Positions 27,500 through 39,448 of a stretch of 64,000 bases of DNA are shown here, piece after piece; the first letter of the stretch is position 1, and every line of letters begins with the position of its first letter. The stretch comes from Podarcis pityusensis (Eukaryota), in assembly GCA_964106645.2 (NCBI GenBank), contig OZ067040.1; one strand, written 5' to 3'. A program made the position numbers and the translations under genes. Under the pieces are notes generated by a model. The model saw only the letters and a program-made list of their open reading frames with translations, had not been told where the DNA came from and searched no databases.

Positions 27500-28509
27500 T
27501 TCTATGCACTGGCTCACACCAATTAAATCATCAGTACAAGCTGGGAGCCCTAATGATTTCTGAGTAGGTGACAGGCAGTATGGTAGGCAGAGCTCAGTAT
27601 TCATGGCTCAGGGTTTTGCCTGCTCTGAAGTTCAGAATCAGTCTCTCTGAATATGGGAATAACATGATAGCATTCCAAGCTAAGGAGCAGATGGATGGCC
27701 TTTCCTTCTACCGCATGGCAACTTTATTTGACTATATCTTTAAAAAAACAACCAACTATGTCTTTTCTCCAATATACATGAAATTACACAAATATTGAGA
27801 TTTTGTGGTATGTACAGTAATTAAATTTAATCCATTAAAATAAGGCAGGTAATGAATCAACTGACAGAGCTAATTACAATTAAGAACATTTTCCTCTTTG
27901 AGTGGCTATGTCCATGCAATTGCCGTTATACAGAGAGTAAAAGTCAGAATTGAAACTGCACTGTTCGTTATACTATATGTTTACCTTTCAGTGAACAATT
28001 CAGGTTCTAATTCTGTAATTCTTCTCCTTCTCTCCTCCCTCCCTTCTTCCCAGCCCCAAACTATGTATATCTTGGAGAGTTCATGGAGTTAGAGACTGGA
28101 AAATTTAGAAGATGTTGGTCTACAAGCCAGACATGCTGTGTGCAATTGGAATGCAACTTTCCCACAGTACTAGGTCCACTGTGGGGGAAGCAGCCTCTCT
28201 CACAGCAATAGGTAGATTAATTACTCAGTCCATTTTTTAAAAAACTCTTTTTTTAACATTTACTACAACATTCTTCTATATAGCTGTTTAAGCAGTCTAT
28301 TTACTCCTTCCTTACATCTATTGGCTGAGATCCAAATGGACATGCATCATGATACCACACATTACAAACTGCTTTAAAATGCTGAAGTGCTACTCAAAAA
28401 TCATAAAATAAGGAACTATTCAAACTATAATCAAATTCTTCCAGAACCATGAATATTCAAGTTAGGGGTGAGTGATCATACTCTTGTTTTCAAGAGTTTC
28501 AACTGAATA

Positions 28510-28863
28510 GGTAAAGGTAAAGGGACCCCTGACCATTAGGTCCAGTCGTGACCGACTCTGGGGTTGCGGCGCTCATCTTGCTTTATTGGCCAAGGGAGCC
28601 GGCATACAGCTTCCGGGTCACGTGGCCAGCATGACTAGGCCGCTTCTGGCGAACCAGAGCAGCACGAGGAAACGCTGTTTACCTTCCCGCCAGAGTGGTA
28701 CCTATTTATCTACTTGCACTTTGATGTGCTTTCGAACTGCTAGGTTGGCAGGAGCAGGGATCGAGCAATGGGAGCTCACCCTGTCACAGGGATTCGAACC
28801 GCCGACCTTCTGATCAGCAAGTCCTAGGCTCTGTGGTTTAACCCACAGCGCCATCCACGTCCC
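28510..28863 (-). mobile_element. Full-length Sauria SINE
   Basis: Minus-strand tRNA-like head with A box (tggcgctgtgg) and B box (ggttcgaatcc), (ACCTTT)n tail, 12-bp TSD ttcaactgaata at 28498-28509 and 28864-28875. Confidence 0.92.
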
Positions 28864-30114
28864 TTCAACTGAATACTGTACTATAAAAAAGTCTCAAGCC
28901 ACTTTTAGTGTTAAGTTCAAAATTTTAAGAAGCTTCTTTTACAAATCCCTGTACTTCATTTACAAATCCCTGAACCCTAAGACTCCCCAAAATTTGGGGG
29001 TCATGTCCCTAGCAGAACAACATTTTGTGATGAGACCTGGAATGTGAATAAGAGAAATAATTTCCAGAGGCAAAGAAATGATCTATATGCTATTTCCATA
29101 AAGGATAAGGCCTTCCCTCTCCCTGACAGAAACGACACATGGAAAGTTAGTTTCCTGTCAGGCATTCTGGGATTTGTAGTCACTATTTTCAGCAGGAAAA
29201 TTTGCTCTGTCAAGGGCTGGTAGCATTTTTTCACTGTCTCTCCCTTTCCCAAATTGAAGTTTCTGTTCTATGGGACAACAACTCTTACCTTCGCTGCGGG
29301 TTCACCAGCCATAGTCCTGAGCTCATGCCAAGAAACACTGGGTCAGTACCTGAAGCACTGCCCCGGGAATTTGAATACGCTCCACTCCAGAACAGTAGCA
29401 GCTAACCACTTGTGCTGGCTCATAACATCACCTTACCCCATGGCCTCTCGGCTGATCAAGGAAGCAATGGACTAAGAGAGGAGAATGGGAAGGAGCAGAG
29501 GCCAAGTCTATTGCTCCCCACAACAATATTAAAACTGGATCCAGTGTGTGCTCAAAATCCAAAGAGGATGAAATCTGGAAGGCTATTTCACCATATATTC
29601 CCCAGCAGTAGAGTGAAATTCTCCAACTGTTCAAACATATGTTAAGAAATTCTCTTCTGAGAAATTTCCTATCAGCCCTAAATTTTCCCAATAGCTCTGC
29701 ACAGTAGACCAGTAGAATATTACAGCAGGAAGGCTGAGGCTGAGTTAATGGTTTGCCTAATGTCACCTAGGAAGTTCATGGCTGTGGTTAAATTTGAACT
29801 GAAGACTCCCAGCTCATGCTCTCAACCACTATGCTACACCAACTCTCATTACTGCTTTCTTTTCACATACCTGGGAGTAAGCTCTGCTGAGCTCAGTCAT
29901 GCTTACCTCTGAGCGGACAGGTATAGTATTACACTGTGAAACTTTATTACACACTGCACCCATAATTTTAAACTTATCCCATTACTTATGAACAAAAAAG
30001 TTTTTTTTAAATGAGCTTTAAAAAGGTTCCAGTAGGAGTCAATGAGCCCCCAAAAGTTTCTACTTTACTTGTCTTCATTGTCATAAATCATTAATTTCCT
30101 CATGGCTTTCTCAC

Positions 30115-30199
30115 CTGTTGTTTGTTTGAGAAGCTCCAAACCATTTTGTATAGCCTGATCAACATTTTGCTTTCTGAGCAGAATCTCTTCTTGCAGAGC
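30115..30199 (-). CDS. DST: DST exon ([28 protein letters not shown]), 85 nt, phase 0-1
   Basis: tag|GCT acceptor, ACAG|gtgaga donor. Confidence 0.9.
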
Positions 30200-30447
30200 C
30201 TAGAAAATTTTAGAATGCTTTTATCATCAGAGAAGTCATCATTTAAAATCTATAAAGCTGAAAGTCTATAAGCAGCCACTTATTCTCTCAGAGTGAGAAT
30301 TGGAGCAGGGTGCGGGGAGGATAAAGGCTTAAAAATAAATGATCAGGATACAGAATTAAAGGACTATTACAATAAAAAAATGAGAAGTAATATGAAATAG
30401 TGCTTAAAATGGTAAAATAAAATCAACAGAAAAAAAAATGGAAATAC

Positions 30448-30774
30448 CAGCATTTCAGTTTGTTGTTTCACAAGCAAGTCAGTATTGTAGTCTTGGACTG
30501 CCAGTTTGCTCAGTTTCTCATGTACTTCATTCAGCCAATTCATCAATTCAACTTCATCCTCTCCAAAAATCTGAGCATTGCAATAGGCTTGCTGTAGAAG
30601 CTGAGCCCTACTGCCACTTTTCTCTCGAATCTCAGTGTATTGGGCTTCTGAAGAATCTAGTTTCTCCTGCACCATTTCCTTGTCTTCCTTGGAGCTCAAT
30701 GCCTTTAAAGCCTGACCAATATTAATAGCTTGCTCCAAATTTTTGTTGCGAGTGGCGATGTCTTCCTCAAAGGC
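30448..30774 (-). CDS. DST: DST exon (AFEEDIATRNKNL...QQTEML), 327 nt, phase 0-0
   Basis: tag|GCC acceptor, CTG|gtattt donor. Confidence 0.9.
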
Positions 30775-31005
30775 CTAAATGAAGTTTTCAAAGTAGTAAG
30801 AAAAAGAAAAGAAAAACAAGCAAACAAAAAAACCCCCATAAAACCAAATATGAAAACAACTCAAGAACAACCAAAAGAATATAATTTTGATGGTAAAAGA
30901 AGCATATAAACAAAGTAATAAAAAAATGTGTTGGGGGGAATACTCCACTTTTGATTTACAAATCATAAAATAATTGCCGCAATGAAAGGCACATTAAGAT
31001 CTTAC

Positions 31006-31165
31006 TTTATGTTGAGAAATCTGCTGTTGTAGTTTGGAAGCCTGTGTTCCAATGGGTTCTGAATTTGAAAGCCTCTTTTCAGTGATGGTTAGCCACTCAA
31101 CCAGTGGTTCTAAAGTTTCATGGAATTGCTGTGCTACAGCTGAGATACCTTCCAACTGACGATTC
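31006..31165 (-). CDS. DST: DST exon ([18 protein letters not shown]...SQHK), 160 nt, phase 2-0
   Basis: tag|G acceptor, AAA|gtaaga donor. Confidence 0.92.
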
Positions 31166-31578
31166 CTACAATATGTGAAAACAAAGCACATTTTGCGGGA
31201 TGAGGGATGTATGAAATACTAAAAAGTTAAAATCAGCGCTTGGAAAGAACTACTTCGGTTTAATTATGTTCACTGAATTACTTCGAAAATCTCTGAACTA
31301 CACCTAAAAGTAGTTCCCATAATTGGAAGATTATGGGAGACATCCACTTTACTACAAGAATGGGTGATTATGTGATACTGATTTCCCCATATTATTTCAC
31401 TGAAATTTCTAAAAATAAAACTTGCAATATACTCAGAGCCATTTTCTCATTTAGCTTCAAATGCGAATCTTACAGTTAACTGGATGAAAATGTTGCTATA
31501 GTTTCAAATTAGTTTCTAATGCTGTATCAAGGAGTACACCCTACTGTACCCCTAAGTGAATGCAAACATTTCAGGTAC

Positions 31579-31745
31579 CTTGTTTCTGCTTTATCAAGCA
31601 GTGCATCCCATCTGCTATCCAGGAGGCTCAGCTGTTTCAAGATCTTCTCTTTATCAGCGGGCTCTGCTGACTCTGCAATTTTCTCCCCTTCACGCTTGAT
31701 TAGTTCAACAGTGGGTCTGCGGTCATCCAGCAATCTCTGGAGAAG
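31579..31745 (-). CDS. DST: DST exon ([15 protein letters not shown]...KAETR), 167 nt, phase 0-2
   Basis: cag|CTT acceptor, AG|gtacct donor. Confidence 0.92.
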
Positions 31746-34197
31746 CTGGAGACAAAATAATCAAAAATCAAATTGCCAGGAAATGACTGTTCACTACAAG
31801 GCTGTAAAAAGATTAAGAAGCAGATTCTTCAAGCTCTTGTTTACTGGCAAAAAGAGGCAGGCTTAAGGGAACAATTTTCTGAGATGGCAGGAAATTGTGA
31901 GGGTGCCAGCAGTCTTACAATGCAAGTGCCATAAATTGCATAAATAAGTAATTTCATTATGAGAGCGAGCAAACTGTGCCAATCTTAGCATCGGTTGTAA
32001 AGGTCTAGCATCCTTCCAAATGTTTTCATTCAGATTTCTTTTCAATGCTATCCTGGAAGCCTCTGGAAGGGCTACAGATATATATGCCTTATATGAGGTA
32101 TGATGTTGACATGTGCAGGAAAAGGGGGGAATCACAGTGGGACATTTTATAACACATGACAGTGCAGGGAACTTTTGGGGAAGCTTTTCCATTTTGGAAA
32201 AAGAAAGGATAGGAAATTTTCCGCTTCACATAAGAACCCTCCCCATCTTTTCAATACACTGTTGATGTTTGCAACTATCCACTGCAATCCAGAGAAATAT
32301 CTGTTTGTTTATATAGTGCTCACCTTTCAAAACACTTGTGGCCGCATTCAATAAGATGAACACAATTCAGGGCTTAATGATGTTCCTAAGACCAAATTAT
32401 TTTAATGGGGAATCAAACATGTTATAACTTTCTCTGGATTGTGTCCCAAATTTTCAGTACAAACATATGATCATTTCGGAGATTATTATGTTGCGAGCAG
32501 CTGCAACTTTGGATACTCACTTTGGCCAGACAACCTGAGGACTTGATTCACTAAGCTTCATGCAGTGCTCTTCCCTGAGGGTTGCCTTCTACGTTTCAGC
32601 CAAAAATCCCCCCTCCTCTCTCCTACTGCCTTTTGTTAAGACTGCTCAGAGAGCACAACTTCTCTCTGATGCTGTGCATGCTGTGACCTGCTCTTTCCTT
32701 GCTCATACATTTATTTTGAACAGGAAAGTAATTATGGATCTGGTTACAGAGTTTGATGTGCTGTATTTACTCCACAACTGCCAATTCAATATTTAATATG
32801 AACCTTCTTTCCCCACCCCTTTTAAGTGAGGGTCTAACAATCCATCAGCAACTGTGTTATAAACAATTGTTGAACAATCTGAAGCAGGGGTGTTTGACAT
32901 TATTAACTGAAGATACAGGCACAACAAGATGTTACCCTAAATCAAAACAGACTCTACAAAACTCTATAGAGACAGAAGTCAGGAAGTAAGGGGTGGAGCA
33001 GAAGCTGACACCAGGCACAGATTTCATCCCTTACTAACCCATATGTATAGGCAACTCGTATATGTCCACACTGAATGGCATATATGGGAAAAAGAGATTA
33101 ACTGAGAAGGGGTGGGGTGGAGGGTTGTCAAAATGATGAAGGAGGATTGAAGCCCTGACAAAATTTTGAACTTTATTTCAACTTAAGGGAGTAGCTCTAC
33201 AATGTTCTTCCCCCTGCCCCTTTTCACAATATCAGTGATGTCTTTTCAAACATCAGATTGCTTTTGATCCTCAAAATAATTGTTTTTGATGTGCATCCAG
33301 TGAAATGTACACGTGCATGAAATGATGCCAAGAACCAGCACAGATATTCCAGAGTTTTCCTTGCAATATATACAGAAAGCTGGTCCAATGAAATGATTGT
33401 TTACTCTGTGCTATACATGGCCTCTGTCCCCCCCAGTCTGCACCAGCTCCCCACATTTCCCAAAGAAGTGAAGAAAACCACATTTCCCCGGACAAAGGAT
33501 GCAATCAATGCCTGGATGGGAGGCTGCCTGGGAACTCCATTGAGTTCCATGGTGAAAGAAGAGATGGATATAAATGAGATACCAACTATTTGTTATATTT
33601 CTTGGTCACTTTTCTCATTGAATGAACCAAAGCAATTTAGGGCTCATCCCACACTTCCGCTTGCCTAGCCACTTTCCCCCAGGAAAACCCGCTGTCTACC
33701 GCTGAATCTGAGCCATACAAGTAAAAGGCAGGACTAATAGATCCTGTGCCACTAATATGCTACAGTCTGGATGCCTCTGTTAAAATGAGGGGAGAATTCC
33801 AAAATGAAAGTAGGAAAGGGCAAATCTTTAAAGAGAATTTCACAGATTGGGTTGAGAAAATTTGCCCTTCCCCTGAAAAAAGCCAAACACATCCCCTCAC
33901 AGGAGCATCCATGACAACCATCCTAAGTGATGGGATCACAGAGACTATGGAGATGTATTTTTTTCAAGTTCTTTTGCAACTGCACCTCTTATAGCGCATG
34001 TCTAATACATACTCAGCCACACTGTTATCCAGGCCACCACATGTTATTACTGTTATTAATTACCCACTATTCATCCTAAGGCCCCGGGTGGGTTACAACA
34101 TTAAAACACAGCTTTAAAAACAGTTTAAAATATCCCACTGAGCAGGTGACAGAGAAAATATAATTAATCTAAAGATAGATAAATAACTTCCACTCAC

Positions 34198-34368
34198 TTT
34201 CTGTTCCTGTATTTGGGCCTTCACAACTTTGAACTCAGCAGATGGAGGCTTCTGATTAGCCACAAGGTCTTCTGTGTCAATAAGCCAGCTAAGGATAGAT
34301 TCGACAGCATCTTGAAACCTCCCACAGTGGAGCAGTGCCTCTTGCAACTGAGCTGCTCTTTGAGCAAC
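34198..34368 (-). CDS. DST: DST exon ([20 protein letters not shown]...IQEQK), 171 nt
   Basis: tag|GTT acceptor, AAA|gtgagt donor. Confidence 0.92.
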
Positions 34369-35182
34369 CTAACAAACAAACGAAAAAACATTGTAAATAT
34401 TATCCTCTTCCCACAATACCTCTTTCCATCTTTCCAGTCAATCAAACAACCCCTAGGGAAAATAAGAACAATTTAAGGCTCCTAAACTATGAAGCTCTTC
34501 ACTGACTTGAGTGACATTCTGTGCACTTCAGCAAATATTTAAAATTGTCTTAATACAGGTATGAACAATACAACATTTTGTACCAGCAGGTCATAGGTGC
34601 ACAAAGTGTGAGGTAGACCTGCCTAGGGATAATCCCCAGGGAAGCCTAAGTACTTCATGTGCCTCTTGAATGCACGCATCTTTATTTGGACATTAATATA
34701 ATATAATAATAATTTTTTTATTTATACCCCGCCCATCTGGCTGGGTTTCCCCAGCCACTCTGGGCAGCTCCCAACAAAAGATTGAAAATACATTAAAGCA
34801 TCAGTTATTAAAAACTTCCCTAAATAGGGCTGAAGACAGTTGAGTAGGCATTTTGCTTCAATCAGCATGACACAGAAAGCACCATGAATTATGTTTTGCA
34901 ATCCTCTGTTTCCTTTAGGCTTTTGACTTTCTACAGGTTTCTTTCCATGCACATTAAAATGACAGGGTACCCATGTGACAAAGGGTAGTCTGCTTCTGTA
35001 GGAGCTCTACATAAGCACCAGAGCACACATGGAGTTCTGGACTGGGGATTTTGTGCATTTTATTATGCAGTCTACTACAATAATGTGTAGTACTACTTTG
35101 TAGTGAAAATCAGAAATAAGAGCAAAACAAAAACAACAGCAGACTAGAAAGGTAAACAACAGTGCAAACACAACTAACGTAC

Positions 35183-35344
35183 CTTTTTGTTGAGAGTTTT
35201 CCATCTTGTGTTAACATCCTCAAGATCACGCTCAAGGTTATCAGTACTAGCATTTTTAGCAGCACTCTGAATAAGGCCTTGACCCAACCAATTTACCTCC
35301 TGTTGCTTAACCTGCAGTGGTTCAATCTTTTCCTTCTCGAATAC
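35183..35344 (-). CDS. DST: DST exon ([11 protein letters not shown]...TLNKK), 162 nt, phase 0-0; acceptor shared by canonical and putative internal isoform
   Basis: aag|GTA acceptor after a pyrimidine tract, AAG|gtacgt donor. Confidence 0.92.
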
Positions 35345-35864
35345 CTTCAGATCAAAAGGAAAAGAAAGAAAGAAAGAAAGGCAAAGGCACATTTAGATTA
35401 TTAAGTCTGGAACATGCTGAGCATAAGTGCCGACCAGAGCAGGTATCAGTAGTAAAATCACACAGCATGTCATGAACATAGTGTGGAAAGACAGTATTTA
35501 GCTACAGAGTGTACATGTCAAATTGCTCTTAATGTTGTAAACACAAAACAACTCAGAGTAAATTATATACACATTAACCCAAACAGGAGTTAAGAAACTG
35601 CTATTACATAAAAAAACAAACACTGTATTTAAAAGGAAGAGACAAACATAGTGCTCCATACTGAATCTTCCTAATATAGATGCTCAAACAATATTTAAAG
35701 CAAAAGGTACACGTTGTGGACACCTATGTCAAACTGAAGAGGATGACATATTGTGGATAGTAATTGTTCAGATATCTGTTCACAATAGCCCATTCTTCTT
35801 GGGGCCATGCAACTCTGTGCAAACAGTTATCCTTTGCATATGGCCAGCAGACACAAGTAGCCCA

Positions 35865-36545
35865 TAAAAACATAAGAGCCCTGATGGATCATGCCAAATG
35901 CCCATCTAGACCAACATCTTGTTCTCACAGTGGCCAACCAGATGCCTGTGGGAAGCTTGAAAGCAGGACTTGAGTGCAAAAAGGACTTGTGACTCTGGCG
36001 TACAGAAGCATACTTCTTCCAACAGAGAGAGCATAGCCATCATAGCTAGCAGCCATTGACAGCTCTATCTTCAATCAATTTGTCTAATTCTTTTTTGAAG
36101 CCAATCACAGTAATGGTCACCACTACTTCTTTGTCAAAGTTCACTGCATGAAGAAATTCTTTCTTAAGTTCTGTCCTGAATCTTCCAACATTTAGCTTCA
36201 TACTATGGTCCTGGGTTCTAGTGTGATTCAGCCAATTTGGATAGATCACTTTGGATCTCCTTGCAATCTCTTTTTGTTTTAACCACCCTGAACAACTTGG
36301 TACCATCAGCAACCTCAGCTACTATATTGCTCACTTTTATAATTTATAATCAAGTTTAAAAGCCCATGTCCCAATGCTGATTTCTTAATTGGGAGAACTG
36401 CCTATTTATTCCTACTGTCTGCTTCCTGTTCCTTAATTAGTTGCAGAACTGTAGGAGGACCTCTCCTTTTATTCCTTGATTAAGCTTACTAAGGAGTCTT
36501 TGGTGAAGTACTTTGTCAAACTCTTTCTGAAAGACCAAATACACA
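35865..36545 (-). mobile_element. Degraded CR1 LINE 3' fragment
   Basis: Minus frame TRTQDHSMKLNVGRFRTELKKEF resembles the CR1 ORF2 C-terminus. The 3'UTR is shared with copies near 5690, 17735 and 22240. Boundaries approximate. Confidence 0.75.
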
Positions 36546-38034
36546 GTGCCCAGAGTCTATATAGTAGAGTTTGAAAGTACGAGTAGTAACGGTGGACAAG
36601 GGAAATGCTTAAAGTCTGGTGAGGAAATTAATCAATTGTCTGAATATTGCTCAGCATATGTTTCTGCGGTGCATAATGATTTGCATAGTCATTTAAAAAT
36701 GATGCAGTGCTCTTAATTCGAATGGGAGGAGCTGGTGTTGGACAGTGTGGCTCCTACAGACCAAGTGAGCAGTGAGATGCTGGGCACATGCAGGAAGGGA
36801 CCTGCCCCAGTCCTAACTGCACAGTGGAGAAATGCAAGCGCTATCCAACGATTTGGGGGCCACTATATGGTGAGCCTGGACCTCAGGAATGGCCTGGGAG
36901 AATGAGCTGATCATATGACTAAGGAACTACACCAGCATTCACCTTCTAGATAAGACTAGTAATGGTTATATTGTTTTAGAAGATACTGAAAAACAGTGGG
37001 GACCATGTCCCTTTATTTCCCAGGTGGTCTTCATTGGCAAGAAATTCAAGCATGCTTCACACAATGATATCATAATGCAGATTAACTCAACCCACCAACC
37101 TAAAGTGATGTTCATTTGAGAACTTGCAAAGGCTAGTGACAGAAAATATTCCACAGGCATCAAATGCTGTTGGTGGGTTATGAACCCAGGCTATACAAAC
37201 TGTGGTCTTAAAGCTTCTTACCTTTTAAGTACTCCCTCCCCTCCCCCCCCAAAAAAATCTTCTTTTTCTTCTTCTACTGCTACTACAGACACTGTCCCTT
37301 GGCAGCAATTTCACTATAGTCAGCAAAATATTGTGAAGCCATTGTACTGCAATACTGTACTGAGCTTTATTATTATAGCTTTACTAGCAAATATGGCTCA
37401 CATCCTGAATATCTATTTCAGCTGCCACTAGTAACATCATTCCCTTAATACAAGCAATGTTATGGGGATACTACAAGTGTACCTCAGTATAGCTAAAGTT
37501 ATTCCTCAGAACCTAGGAGCTAGATACTCAAGTAGCCCAGGACACCCAAATTCCTGTAACAGTCTGAAAATAAAGCATGTTTATAGTTGATGTACCTCAA
37601 TATCAGCCCTAAGTAATTTTTATGCTCACATAATTGAAAACAAAAATGATAAGAAGCCTCTCCAAGATGGGATACATAAATTGTACACCAAAATGGCCAA
37701 GCACAACACTAGTAGGAAAAAAGAAACTTGCTATGCACATTGTGTAAGAAACCCAGATTTTCTAGGATAGTCTGCAAACAGCACATTTTCACACCTAGGT
37801 TTACGTCATAACAGCAGCCAGCACTTCAACACACAGCAAGCACATTTGACACACAGGACAGTGTGTGACCCATCTCTCCTTGAGGCCTTAAATCCACACG
37901 AATAACCGGGAGAAGGGGGTTTTGCAGAGGCAGTGAGGAACTTAAGTCCGAACATGGACAGCTCACACACGTTTGAGACTACATGCAATAATCCTGACAC
38001 TGTGGTGTGTTACATAGTAGCAACCAGGAATACA

Positions 38035-38038
<4 letters not shown>

Positions 38039-38065
<27 letters not shown>
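38039..38065. repeat. (CA)n microsatellite
   Basis: Direct reading. Confidence 0.9.
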
Positions 38066-39448
38066 GTATAATGCTGTTTTTGCTGCACTCAATAGCACTA
38101 CCTATTTGCAGGACATTGTGGGATTTGTTAAGGGGGGGGGCATTATAAAGCAGAGTTCTGAGGAACCAAGTAGTTGAAAACAGCAAACAGGTCTTACCTT
38201 TCCCACAAAATAATATATAATATGGGCAAGTTCTCTTTACTTTAGAGAAATAAACAAGGGCTGGGATGCAAAAGCTAATTTACACATACCCAAGTGTTAG
38301 CTCAGTAGTATCTTTGGCAATCGAACAGGCAGGCACATGTACACACCCCAGGTTCCATAAACTACTTTTGAAATTCCCCTCTCTTTCAAAAGAAGCTTCC
38401 TGTGTTTGAGGTTGCTGTGTGAGAAACACAAGTCCTGCTCCAGTTTAGGCCCATGGAACTAGTAACGCAGTCCTTCAATCCAACTCTCTATTTCAGATGT
38501 TCATATATTTTTAAGACAATTCCATAGCAATCCAAACCGAGTTGTTCCCCTTGATTTGTTGTTTAGATACACATACCCACTCACAAAAGTAGGAATTGAG
38601 GCTAGAGTTTGCCAGAACAGCTTAGCAACAAGTCCTAAAATAACTCAAGACACAACCAGATCAGAGTGACCAAAAACAAAAAGAACAAAATTAAATTAAA
38701 GACTTCACAAGCTCCCCATGCTTATTACAAAGCTGTTTTCTACTTCCTTACTTCATTCACCGCTCAGTAAATGTTACAAGATCTCTTGTAAAAAATCCCC
38801 TACAACTTTAGGACTACTTTTTGGCATGAAGATGCAAGGAAATAATTTCAGTACGTGCAACAAGCCTTTAATCTGTGTACTTTGGAAACCGCAGCAATCT
38901 GAGCGTCGTTGTGTATACCTTTATGATGAACAGTGCAATCCTATACTTGTCAGCTCAGAAGAAGCATGCCCATTGGGTTTAATGGGCCTTACTCCCATGA
39001 AAGTGTGTACAGTATATGGCTGCAGCTGAAATCTGGTTAAATCTGAATAGGGAAGGCCTATCTGCCCTTGAATGGCACTGACTGCTTGAAACATAATTTG
39101 AGGAGAGGGGAGGAGGGGGTGCTGAACATCAATGCCTAGTGGAAGCATTCCAAATAAAGGGTAACAGGCACCATCTGGACAATAAATAGCCATGCAACCA
39201 AACAGCTGGAAGCAATCAACCCTGTCACAAACTGCCCTTAATCAATTTACTGAAGTGACCATCTCGCCAATTTCTGCCTTCTAATAACTTGTTGGGCAAA
39301 TGATTCTAAAGGAGCTCTTTGGGTAGATTAGCAAAATCTAAACATAAGCATTCATGATGCAATTACAGAAGAAAAAATAAATAAAATAAAAAAATAAAAA
39401 ATAACCCACCCTGCAGCATGAAAAGAATGCATTTAAGTTTGGAATTAC

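Noticed and set aside
39338-39448. Hydrophobic tail (GYFLFFYFIYFFFC) of the 474-aa ORF as a transmembrane anchor of a standalone gene
   Set aside because: It lies past a good splice donor and is the translation of a U-rich intron start. A spliced DST first exon is the simpler reading.
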